Origin: Lepidodermella squamata | Lineage: Eukaryota > Animalia > Gastrotricha | Length of the DNA: 64,000 nucleotides | Assembly (NCBI GenBank): GCA_047495785.1 | Contig: JBLDXI010000028.1 | Location: forward strand, 1,364,001 to 1,428,000 | Reading direction: 5' to 3' | Shown: piece after piece, positions 52,401 through 64,000 of the stretch | Layout: each line of letters starts with the position of its first letter | How positions within the stretch are numbered: the first letter of the stretch is position 1 | Position numbers and translations under genes: made by a program | Notes under the pieces: generated by a model | Seen by the model: the letters and a program-made list of their open reading frames with translations, nothing else | The model's database searches: none | What the model was told of the DNA's origin: nothing

Positions 52401-55160
52401 TTTTATTTTCTCTATAGAGCATCTGCCCAGCCCTGAACCGCCTCGCCGGGTTGAAGATGTGTATGGCAAAACTCGAGACGAGTTGGTTCTAATGTTGATC
52501 CAACTTCGCCGGCGCCAGGCCCAGGGCCGATATGTCGACCCTACTCTGTACCAAATCATCGAACAGCAACTCGGGGCCGAGCGATCGGTGATAAATTTGG
52601 TTGATAACGTAGTCTCGCCGTACGGAAACTCGGACTCGAACACATTGAGACGACAACGAAATGTTGAGAGGATAAATTCAGAGCGAGCAGTGGTCGCTGA
52701 CCAGCTCACCCAGAACAACGATGCAGATTTCGAGAGTAAACAGGCGATTTTCTGGAGATTGGACGAGGCTGTTAACCGCCAGACTGAGGTTGTTACCTCA
52801 TTGCAGGAACAGCATCAACAATTGATTGATGCGATAAATGTGATTCGGTCGAGGATGACTGCGAATTCGAGTCAAATTCATCAGTTGACTCAGTTGGAAT
52901 CTTCCCTCCACGGAATTCGAGGCAGCTTAGCCACTGCCTCGCGACACCTGGAATCTCTAATTTTTCAACGAAATGAGCTTGAAAAGCAGTTACAGGAATT
53001 GAAAGCGAGACAGGCGATGCACGTTAACGCACCTAGTCGATCGCTGTCTGTGCCCAGTTTGCAATTTGCGGTCAGGCAGCAACAGGTTGTTCAGCCCCAG
53101 CAGCAGCAGCAACAACAACAGTCGCGCTATTACCCGCAACCAGTCGTTCCAGTTGCGCCGATTTTGCAGCAACGGCAGGTTGAGCCGCAGCAAACTGCGA
53201 ATGAGACCTCGCATAGCCCTGTCTACGCGACAGTTCGGCGTTATCAGAATCAAAATGGGACGAAAACTACGGTTTTAGAGGCGCCGAAATCGTTGGAATC
53301 TGAAAAAGTGCCTTCGAAGGAACGTGTTTTCATGTACAATCCTGAGCCTGTGCAACAAACTCCTGAACCTCAGTTTAAACAGCCAGAGGTACGTATTGTT
53401 TAACGAATTGAAACTACTCAGAACACAATTTTACTGCTCTTACTCCGCGAAGGGTTGTATAACGGCTTTTTCCTGGATTAAAATTTTATTTTTGATCGAA
53501 AAATTAGAATTTCTTGAAAATGAGCAGCATATAATGAGAGCAAGAGAGCAAAAGAGCTATATCGCAACTTTCAAATACCTAAATAAATAAGAAAATAGGG
53601 CATGGTTCAGATAATCAAGTTGGCAAATTCAGTAATACATTTTTTTAATTCCGAGGATTATATCGTTTCTTTCGAATACTTAAGCTTATTTTTTCTATGG
53701 TTCTCTGCAATTTTCAATAATTGTCCAATTGGAATAAATTGATTTATATTTTCCGATTTTTTATCGAATTGTAAACGTTTTTGTCTCTATATTTAGCTAA
53801 ATTTCTGCTGTGAATTTTTCTTAATTTTCTCGTTTCTCTCATTCCAGCCCATCTATTCGAAACCGCTGAGATTTCAGCCTCAAGGTCAGGTTATGACTCC
53901 GCCCCAAACTCAGCGTCACCAGCAATATCAACCAGCTATCGGAGTTTCTCGCCTGTCCTCCCTGATGACCAACGGCAGCAATCAAAACCCGCAAACCCTC
54001 CACACGGCCGCTTCTCTTTCGATGCTGTCAGACGCCGGGTCTGAGGCTACGATCGACAGTCTTGCCCGGCAATACATCAACCCGCAAAGCAACAGCCGGC
54101 CCGTGCAGATGACGAGTGGCAACAGTGAAACTGGCGGGCGGCAGGGGCCGGAAAACGACGCCGAACTTGTGGACATGGTGCAGAGGGCTTTGGCGGTCGT
54201 GGGTAATGAAAAAGAGCAGCCGCAGCCGGCAGGTCGTTTCGCTCCGGCTCTGCCTGTCATCTACAACACCTCGTCGACGTCGTCCGTACCCCGGGTAAGA
54301 GTCGTCGCTAACTGTTATAATTAAGTCTCGCATGCAAATTGGCAACGAAACGGCGAAACACGCAAAACACATGTTTGCGTTTGTTGCCCGGCGGTCGCAT
54401 TTATCTCCCGCTGTGTTTACGATTATTGTTATTTGCGCACTACTTTTCATTGCCATCGCCCTAGTCACGTTATATTTGCTGATGCTCTTGACTACACGCA
54501 ACTCTAGGCGGAATGTGTAGTCGAGTGGAAATAAACCTATTCATATCATCGTATATAACCCGCTTTGTTTTTGTGTCGTTCTAGCGCTTCTCGGCCCATC
54601 TACGAGTGCCAACCCCGCCGCCGCCGCCCGAGAACCACCGCGAGCAGGAGGATAGCCTCGACTTTGAGGTGGAGCCCGAGTCGTTCGAACGCGATGTTTT
54701 CGGCGCGCCGGACAAAATCTCCATCCCAGAACGCTACGACCCCACGTCGGATCTGGTTGAAGATTCGTGGACAGCCTCCCAGAGTAACAACGAAGAAAAA
54801 GAACAACGTTCAGAGCGATATCGCCAGATTTTGGTGCGGCAAAGTCTGTCGAACTTGACGCAGGAAGAAGCGGGCTATCTGACTTCGAAATCCGCCGATT
54901 TGCGTTCGGCGATTCGCCAGGAATCGCAGGAACGCGAGCGGCTATTGCGATTGTCGCAAACTGTAGCGCAACAGGCTAAAAATGCGAGTATTCACCAGGC
55001 GGAGCGGTTAAGGCGGAGCATGCCCTCGTTGCTAGTCGACGGGCCGCCGACTATCCCGCCACCGCCGCCTCCGCCCCAAAATCAGGATGATGAGAAAAAA
55101 TCGGCTGAAACACTGTGGATGGAATTCGGGAACCGGGAAATGGCCATCGACGTGTGTTGA
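49485..55160 (+). CDS. PH-domain coiled-coil protein of the PLEKHA4-7 (PEPP) family, multi-exon
   Basis: PH domain MRGWL...KFWHKRWAVL...FAFRCE.PG.KTLYFATETELDMAEWVRAL, motif GKTRDELVLMLIQLRR, a coiled coil and PDKISIPERY. Confidence 0.78.
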
Positions 55161-56502
55161 AAAAAATGAAATTTAATTTCAAATTGTTGATTTGTAACAG
55201 TTTTAGCGTTAAATCGGGGCAAATTGGCTGGAACAAGATGGAGAAAATTATTTAAGCTGGATTTTCTATTCTGTCAACTAACCCCATTTAACGTTGAAAC
55301 TAAATTTTTGCGGTTGTGTCAAACAATAATTATAAACTGCTTCCAAACTGATATGATAAAACAATTCCTCTTCACTGTGGTAACAAAAAAACTACTGTTT
55401 TACTATGATATTTATAACACAAGCTCTTCTGTCCTGCTTTGCTCATCCTAAACAAGTGCTTTTAACCTTTTCTACACACCAAAAACTAGCATCTGTTAAT
55501 GTTTGTCTTTTCTATGAAATCTGCCGGATTTGAAATTTTAGGCGCGTGTCACCTTAGGAGCCACGTGATTTTGAGAAGCGGACGATTTCAAAAGTTTATA
55601 CATTCCTTTCTTTTCTTACACTACAATGTAACTAGTAGCTCTGACTTTGCTCAAAAACAAAACTCGAGTTTCTAATGTTATTAATTAAATTTACCCCGTC
55701 TTTTTCTGCGGTAATAAAAAATTGATACGACGACGATATATGAAATAATTTGATATTTTGCGCAAATTATATTGTTTTTGTTTCGGCTGTTTGATTTTTA
55801 TGATTTTTCCTAAATATACATAGAGCATGCGTGTGTGAGAGAACATGACCAAATGAAATGGAGAAAACCACCAGCCACCTTAAAAAGTGAGCGGTCGTAT
55901 TTTGCTATATTTTGCTTGCATGATCAAATAATAATAATAAGTTGAGGTCCGGGGTTATTATTTAAGTGGAACACCCAAAATCGCACTTTTATGCAAGAGC
56001 TGTTGTTGTGTAAATGAAATTTTCTTGAGAGCCAAAACTGCTTCATTTTATTCAATTTTATGATACGAAAATTTGTATTCTATCTGTTTCTGTTTTATGT
56101 CTGAGCGTAAATTTAACCCCACCTCCTCCTACTCCCTCTTATAGAACGTTAAAGCCCGTCGATGTGGTGGTGTTGTGATGATGAGACGCGGCGATGTTGA
56201 AGGAAATAACGAATAATATTAATAATGATAATAATAATAATAATAAAAATAAACCACATTTTGTATGGCGCGGCTGAGTTGTGTGTTAAATAATGCGAAA
56301 AGCTGCTGTTGCTTGCTGAGATCGATATCGTATCGTGTCAATTCGAGGGCTGCCTTTCCACTCGAATGCGCCCTGTGAGACTTTGTCGCGCGGGCGTCGC
56401 TAGCCGCTGCAAATCTAACTCTGTGTTTGATTTGTCTCGACATTTATAGAGCGGTTAAACTTGATAGTAGAGCAGTTTTTCGCCGCTGGTTTGCTGGTTG
56501 TT

Positions 56503-59500
56503 ATGAACTCGGAGGCTGGCGAAGGTGCTGCTGCTGCTGGCGCCGCCCAACTGCTGGCGATGCATGCCGACAGCCCGGCGGCGCGGCCGAAGAGCGGCAA
56601 GCCGGCGCGCCGGGCTTCAGTCAGTGTCGACCACCACGCGGTGTCGCACTCGGTCAAAATTCTAGACCCCGACGGCAACAAAATCGTTAGGCCCAGCTCG
56701 ACCACGAAGAAGCAGTCAAAGCCAGATATTGTGCGTAGTTTGTTTTTATTATCTCATTCAGGTATTCAATTTTCAGGGGCATGATCAAGATAAAATTGAA
56801 ACTCATCCCCGAAGTCGATAAAAGCCACTGCTTTTTTTCTGAATTTTTATAATTCTTTCGCTGTTTTGTGAAAAGCTGTGATTTTGCGGGTTGAAATTTC
56901 AAAATTTTTTTTAGCTCATTAGCTGTGGGAAGCTCGGTAAAATTGATATAACTCTGGTCTCGATTTTCTTTGCCACAAGGGATTTTCCAACATTGTCTTG
57001 TTAAATAGCTTGAGGGGCTCAAATTGCATCAGGCTTTCTATCCCGAAGTTACTTTCAGCTACCAAGGCTTGAATTGGAGGGCATTTCTACCTACAATTGT
57101 AATTCAAGCAATATATTGATTGACATAAAGTCTCTCCAATATAATCGATAAAAAGTCGATAGGACGGCTAGAAAAAAAACAAGTCTCTTTCCCAAAATTT
57201 TAATCTGGCAAGGTGACGACCCAAGCTTTCTATTTATATTGCCTTAAAATTTGGTTGCATTTGTAGGAAAGAATAGGATCCGAAGATTACCCGAAATTGC
57301 AATTTAACTCAGTTTCAATAGCAAACCTAGGGACAGAAGTTTTCAAGAAATTGTTCTCAATTTGCCAAATTTGGGCAAAAAGAAATAATTTCTTCAAGAA
57401 ATTTTCGCCTTTCGTATTGTTTTTAGTATTACTAATTATTTTTAGTCCCTCGGGAAAACAGTGACAACAGGAGAATGAAAATATTTGATGGTTTAGCAAA
57501 ACCCAATTTGCATGTTGTGGTACCGAATGTGGAATCAGATGCAAACTCTTATAATGTGTCATTTCCGAATAATTTTGCTGAAGCGTGGCTATACTCTCTA
57601 AGTGATGATAAGATGATGTGCTGAAAATCACGCAGATTTTCATGGTAATTTCCTAGAATTTTTCTCCCAGAAATTTTGAGAAGGAATTTTTGGCGAATCA
57701 ATTGCTCAAAATTTGGTTCCTCTTCTGATCAAATTTGACAAGGCCTTAAAAATATTCTTAGTTTACATTTGTTCGTCTTAAAACGAAAGTCTCTGATAAC
57801 TTCGGCTGGTTTCGGCTTACTAAGACCTATCGAATTTGATACCGCAAGAGCAACTTGAGGAAACATAGTTGATATAGGGTGCTGAGTTAGCTGAAGCCAC
57901 AAAAATTTTCCCGAAAACTATCCCAAATCGGTTGAAAGTCGGAATTTGAAAGTTTTATTTTTGCTCGATTATTCCAGGACTGGCAACGGGTGGTAACTAA
58001 TTGCCGGCAAAATTCAAACGGCCGTCGATTGGATTTATCAGACGGCGGTTTGCCCTCGCTGCCGACGCACATATTCCGTGATTTATCGACAACGTTAACC
58101 GAGCTGTGCTTGGACAAAAATAAGCTGACGAGCCTGCCGAGCGAAATCGAGCATTTGAAGTACCTCGAAAATTTGGGCCTCAGCGAAAACTTGTTGACCA
58201 CCCTGCCGGATTCGATTGCGAATTTGCCGCTGCTTCGAATTTTGGATCTTCGCTACAATAAATTTACGAGTCTTCCGACGTGCTGTTGCCAGTTGAGTTC
58301 TCTCCACGCGTTATTGCTATCCAGCAATCGATTGGTTAAACTTCCAGAAGAAATCGGTCATTTAGGGGTATATATATCTTTTATTTCAAATTTTTCGGTA
58401 TTTATTGATCGATTCTTTTAGTCTCTGAGCATTCTGAATTTGAAAGAAAATCGCCTCGCCGAGCTTCCAGCCAATTTCTTCAAGCTTACAAATTTGACGA
58501 ATTTGGATCTTTCGCACAACAAACTGGAAGTTTTGTCCAGTGGTAAGTGACTATTTCTGACCAGATTTTTTATTTCTGTGCGTCGAAATGGGACCACCTT
58601 TAAGACCCAAACGGGGCAAATATACTGATACTGATTTATTTTTGCAATTCGTCTCGCGACACAGAGGCGGGGGTGTTTTGGGTGTTAAACACCCCCAAAG
58701 AAATCCTGAAAGTGGTCTCCGGTTACAAATTTTCTGTGAACCATGCAACTTTTAACGCATTCTAAGGTTATTTCCAGCTTGAAAATACTCGAAAAAACGT
58801 CAGCTAAAGCTCGATTCGCTCGCAAATAGGCTTTTTAGGTGTCTGTTAGACCCCGGAATTTTCGAAGCCTCAGGTAAAAAAAATTATCACCCCCAAAAAT
58901 GAAAATCCTGGCTACGCCTCTGTCGCGACATTTAGCAATTAAGAGGGTCAAGGCGCCTCACCGCTGAATAGCATATTGTTCTATAGTTCACAAGCGATGT
59001 TCCTTGCATATTTCACGAAATCAAAATGAGAGCTATTTACGACCTCAGATGGTTTACGATTCCACGCCGAACGCACACAAATGAGCATTGATAATTCCGT
59101 TTTCTGATTTTCTCTATCAAATTCGGCGTCGCCAGCAGGTCAGGTCGCGCACTAGCACCGAGTCAGGGAGTATAAATAAATAAATCGACTGAAAAATCGA
59201 GCAAGTATATGCTAGAAAACTAGGAAGCTATTAGCTGGATTCGAGCCTTATCAACTTCAATAGCCGTTACCTGATAATATCGACCAATAAATAGTAAAAA
59301 CACAGAGAGGAAAATTCATCGATTTCGACCCATAACTTCTCACTCACCGATGAGATCAGGCTCAAGGGAGTCAGCGCAGGTCCGTCTTGCTCGGGGCCGT
59401 CTCGTCGAGTTCCGTAGTAATGAACGAGGTTTTCATGACGGACGTATCGAGCAGCATCAGGTCCAGGAATTTCGTCACATTCTCTACCAGCTCACTAGCC

Positions 59501-61565
59501 ATCCGACCTGCACGGGGCTCCTCCGCCTTCTTTCTACCTCTTGCAAGCTTTAGCTTTGGGTCAAGCACAACCATGGCTTTTACTAATGTTTCCATGCAGT
59601 ACTCGAGAGCCTGCACCTGACTCGAGTCATCGTCTTCGACGACAGCCTCTGTTCAACGGATTCAGCAACAATTGCAGCATGAGCAGATCGTTGCATCTTT
59701 AGTGAACAATCATAAGCAGTCAGAATTTGCTTATCTGTCATTGTTTTCGAGATAAGGGTCAAATTTTCAGATTTTTTCATCAAAACGAGAAGTTATTTCA
59801 ACTTCCTTCGTTAGTCTTCCGAACCGCGTCAGTTTAAATTCTCAGAGCTAGTTGACTCATATAATATAGCGTAAAATTAGCTGCATCATCCTTTCTCTTA
59901 TCTGAAGCTATTCGAAGGGAATCAGAATAAAGAGGAAAAACCTCGAAAAATTGTGCAGACCCGCCGATTTTCTTGAAAGTTTTAAACTCAAGTTTTTAGC
60001 ACAAATGTAATGAGCATTAGCGATGTAGCCGTAGAATTTGCGAAACCGTTCGCCGATTCCATAACATTCGGTAAATGCTCTGACATCGATCCAAAATTCG
60101 AAATCACTCGAATTGATGCAGAAGACGAGTTATTACGATGAACTTTTGTTTTTTTCTGGATAGATTTTATCGCCTTAAAAAGCCTTCCCAGCTTAATCAA
60201 TCTTTCAATCGAGAATTTAAGAGGTCGAATAAATTTCTTAAAATGGAAAAATAGTGCGGCGATGAAGGAGAATTTTCTCCTCAATGCGACTAAGATTTAT
60301 CCAAAAGATTCTCGAAATTGCCAAAAATACCGGGGAACGATACAATATTGACTACAAAAGGTTATCAAAATACATGGAAAAAAGGTATCAAACTTTTACC
60401 TGTCAAAATTGTAGCCCTCCCCGGTATAACTGAGAAAATAGCAAATTTGTTTACAATTTATTTTTATTTATTTTGTACTTTTAATTTAATGTAAATTCGG
60501 TTGAAAATTCGATTTCAATTTTTAGATCTCGGCAATTGCACTCGACTGCGCTTGCTTAGCCTCGCTAACAATCGCTTGACCGAACTGCCGGCCAGTATCG
60601 GCAATTTGATCGCACTATCGCGACTTGGCCTGAAATACAACCAGCTAGCGTCAATCCCGGCCAGTCTCGGCAAATGCGTGCAACTCGACGAGTTCAACGT
60701 CGAAGGCAACCGCCTGGCCAGCCTGCCCGTCGACCTGCTGTCCTCGCTATCCGGCCTGCAATCAGTCACCCTGGCCCGCAATCAACTCACCGCCTTCCCA
60801 GCCGGTGGCCCGGGCCAATTTTCGAACGTGCACACCGTTAACATGGAACACAATGAAATTCAAAAGATTCCGTTCGGAATTTTCTCCCAGACAAATCAAT
60901 TGCGATCTCTGTCGATGAAATCAAACCAGCTATCGGCTTTCCCCCTCGACTTCGGCTCATGGGTCAGTTTAGTCGAACTCAACCTATCAGGCAATCAAAT
61001 TACGAAACTGCCGGATGATATTGGCAAATTAGTCCAATTGGAACAGTTGATACTATCGAATAATTTAATCAAACGCATCCCGCCGCTGATTGCGAAATGC
61101 CAAAAGTTGCGAGTCCTAGATTTGGACGAAAATCGGCTCGAAAAACTGCCGGATGAAATCGGGTGCCTCATGTCGTTGGAAAAACTGCAATTACAGGCGA
61201 ATAAATTAACAGCCCTACCGGCTAGTATTGGCAATCTGTCGAATCTACGCGTTGTTTGGGCCGGCGAGAACATGCTAAGCACGCTGCCGACCGAAATGGG
61301 CAATCTCGGCTCGTTGGAATCGCTGTACCTTAGCAACAACCCGGAGCTGCAAACGCTGCCGTGGCAGATAACGTATTGCGGCCGGCTGCAGTATTTGGCG
61401 ATCGACGGGTGCCCGTTGGGGTCGATCCCGCCGACTGTGGTCGCGTACGGCCCGGCTTTAGTTGTGTCCTATCTAAAACTGCAAGCTCAGGCCTTTGAGA
61501 AGACAGGTTCCGCCGATCCGACTATTGCGCTCGCCTCGCAAATGGCACAAGCTGATATTCAATGA
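56503..61565 (+). CDS. SHOC2: Leucine-rich repeat protein SHOC2/SUR-8; exons approx. 56503-56730, 57978-58367, 58422-58542, 60526-61565
   Basis: NCRQ...[62 protein letters not shown] and C-terminal NNPELQTLP...C..LQ...CPL..IP..VV..GP. Confidence 0.9.
58662..58922. mobile_element. 261-bp non-autonomous hAT-type MITE in SHOC2 intron 3
   Basis: Perfect 8-bp TSD TCGCGACA at 58654-58661 and 58923-58930. Termini CAGAGGCG...CGCCTCTG. Confidence 0.88.
59371..59783 (-). pseudogene. Unidentified frameshifted coding remnant antisense in SHOC2 intron 3
   Basis: Two overlapping helical-looking ORF pieces in a GC-richer block of an AT-rich intron. No family recognised. Confidence 0.3.
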
Positions 61566-62297
61566 AATCGCCGCCGCATCTTTCAATAACACCTTTGTAC
61601 TTCTTCTATGCATGCAACGAACTGAATAACAATTTTTATTATTGGATTTCTTCTATTGAGCTATATTAATATTGTGATTTGACTACAACAACAAAAATGC
61701 AAGTTTTATGTCCTTGTTGCTTCCGCGATGATCAAAATAAGATGGAATTTTATCGAAAATTGTACAGAAATGGTGTAAATACTGCGTGTATTGTGGATCT
61801 CGGTGTTTTATTGTCGGAATTTTGTGATCGTTTTAACATCGAATCATGTCAACTTTCACGACAGTTTTCTTATTAGTTTTGTGCTGTGTGCGGATGAGAC
61901 ATTTGACTGCGGAAATGATATTATTATACGGCGGCCAATGAGAAACATAGTAAATAACGATTTGTTTTTATCGCCATTGACTGGACTATAATCTAGAATC
62001 GGAAAGTCAGGAATAAAACACTTTTCCTTTTATATCAGATGCCTGCTTTCATTTTTCTCATCAAGGCGCGATATCAATGTCGTGTTCTGCGGGGCGAGCC
62101 TGGCGAGCTGGAACGGAATGGAACTTGAATACTTGAAATGAAAATGAAAAGAAAAAATACGTAAAAGTGGGAAATATTGGATTGTCGGCCAGGCATTCAA
62201 AAGATATATGACCTCGCAAAAATATCGCAATTGTTTTCCTATTAATCATTCTTAGGTATGTATCGTCAAATTGTTTCACTCGTTTAGTGGATTCGTA

Positions 62298-63056
62298 CCG
62301 TAACGAGTGGTATCTTTGGACAAAGCGTGCTTTTCGAACATTAAAAATCAGCCTTTACTTCTAAATTTCTGAAATTCTCACCAAAGATGGGGACGGTGAT
62401 TGCTGAATTTACTGCAAAAAATTTTCAGATTTTTGAGAATTTTACCTGACCTGTGGCAAATTAAAATGTGTTCCGGTAACTTTGGACAATTAGAGGGTAA
62501 TTTTGGACGCTCATTTGCATATGCAATTTCATTGCAATTTCATTGTGAATAATCAGTTTCTCATGGATTTGTAATTAATTTAGGGTCAGATTTTGAAAAA
62601 ATTATGAACAGATGGCGCATCATTTGTTTTGCAGAAGTTCAATAAAAATACTTTTCTGAGCTGCCGCATACTTATAGCGTCCAAAATTACCCCATTTTCA
62701 CCTGTTTTTCAGGTAAACGCCCTGCTAAAACGCGTCGACGGATTGCCATTTTTTCTTCGATTACAGGGAGAGTAAAGATAGGAGATTACTCATGCTAACT
62801 TTTATTTAAAACTGATCGATTATTAGAAAGATAGAAGGGGGTCCCAAAATGGCACCCAAAGTCTAACTGCTTGTAACTTTTTCTGAAATCCGATTTCAGC
62901 TCCAATCGTCTTGATTTTTATTTCAAACGAAAGGTAAAGAGACGGATAATTTCATGCAAAAAACCCATGATTTAAACGTTCAACCCTGAGAAGATGAACA
63001 CCTGCAAAGCCGAGAGTGTCCAAAGTTACCGTGTCCACAATCACCACACGTTACGA
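62298..63056. mobile_element. 759-bp non-autonomous DNA transposon, TA TSD (Tc1/mariner/pogo-like)
   Basis: Left TA|CCGTAACGAGTGGTATCTTTGGACA versus right (reverse complement) TA|TCGTAACGTGTGGTGATTGTGGACA. Internal GGTAA(C/T)TTTGGAC copies in both orientations at approx. 62475, 62496, 62679 and 63017. Confidence 0.78.
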
Positions 63057-63338
63057 TATAAAAAATTGCGAAAACGAGGGGCTAGCTGAATACTCATCAC
63101 ATATGGGTATTCAGTGGTCCGTGAATTCACCTCAAGTTTGGCGTTCTATCTTGTTATACTGCTCGTTAACAAATTATATTATCCCATAATTTCCACTGTT
63201 TACATCGTTTTTCTTCCTATACCAGGGTCATATTTGAGCAGCCGTTCTGAGTGCTGTTCGAGTTGAGAATTTGGGTTTCCCATCATTCGTCAAATTTTCT
63301 TTTCAAATCATATTCAAAACAAGCTTCTCTCTTCAACA

Positions 63339-63594
63339 ATGGTGAAATTTGCAGCAGTCTTGGTTCTTCTGGTAGGTTCTTTTTCGCTCGAAATTGTCAA
63401 AAGCTTCATCAAATTATCGTTTAATGCAGTTATCTTCAGCCATTATCGCCAATGCCGAAATCGAAGTAGCTGAAACGCAGCCGAGCAGCCGCAACGCTGA
63501 GCAGCCGCAGGAGGCAGCACGTGTACAATGCCCCCCGCATACTCGAGAATTTTGCTGTAATGACATTTGCGTTTGTTTCTCTAATAGAAAGTGA
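63339..63594 (+). CDS. Possible small secreted Cys-rich prepropeptide; exons 63339-63371 and 63430-63594, 3' end uncertain
   Basis: MVKFAAVLVLL|LSSAIIANA signal across a GT-AG intron, acidic spacer, then R-VQCPPHTREFCCNDICVCFSNRK*. Confidence 0.5.
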
Positions 63595-64000
63595 TGATTC
63601 GATGCCAATTTGCCGCCAGCGAGTGCGAGATAAATGTCGCGAGGAGAGGGATGTATTTAAAAAATCGTGAACAATTGTACTGAGAATTCGAGAAATAATT
63701 GATTAAATTGACTGGCAGCATGTTTTTTGTTAAATTTGGCGAGATGTTACCTACGGATCTATGAAAGCAAGGCGGCATGCGGCATGCAGCGTTGGGCGTT
63801 GCGACGAGGCGAATAAATTAAATTCGTAAAGGCGAAGTAATTGAGCATTTCATATGAGTATTTGCCATCATCAGCATAGCAAAACATTATCTTTATTCCA
63901 TCATTTTTTCCTATTAATCATTCTTAATCCTCTATTCTCTATGTTAATCCTATTCCTACATGCGCATGGTAAAATCTAGCCATTGGGAATTAAGCAATCT

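Overview
Gene-dense animal (invertebrate) genomic DNA with GT-AG introns, many only 50-60 nt, and TTTTCAG/TTTTTAG acceptors. The splice signals, A/T-tract introns and very short co-oriented gene gaps are nematode-like, but the taxon cannot be fixed from sequence alone. Host genes in order: RECQL5-like helicase (+), ING1/2-like PHD protein (+), MON1 (-), a divergent BCL9/legless homologue (+), TUT1/Star-PAP-like nucleotidyltransferase (+), intron-containing histone H1 (-), CUB-trypsin protease (-), an orphan secreted precursor (-), two tandem nucleobindins (-), EDEM2 (-), an MCCC2-like carboxyltransferase (-), RPS10 (+), a PLEKHA5/6/7-like PH protein (+), SHOC2/SUR-8 (+) and a possible small Cys-rich secreted peptide (+). 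The most unusual structure is in the four 1.5-2.6 kb introns of TUT1. They hold decayed gene or TE cargo, all antisense to the host: a copia-type gag, a hAT dimerisation domain, a spliced YqaJ/lambda-exonuclease-like pseudogene, an RPA-like OB-fold-like remnant and unidentified spliced ORFs. Three MITEs with readable TIRs and TSDs are also present. Several gene pairs 83-137 bp apart suggest operons with trans-splicing. All protein identities come from manual motif recognition; no database search was run.
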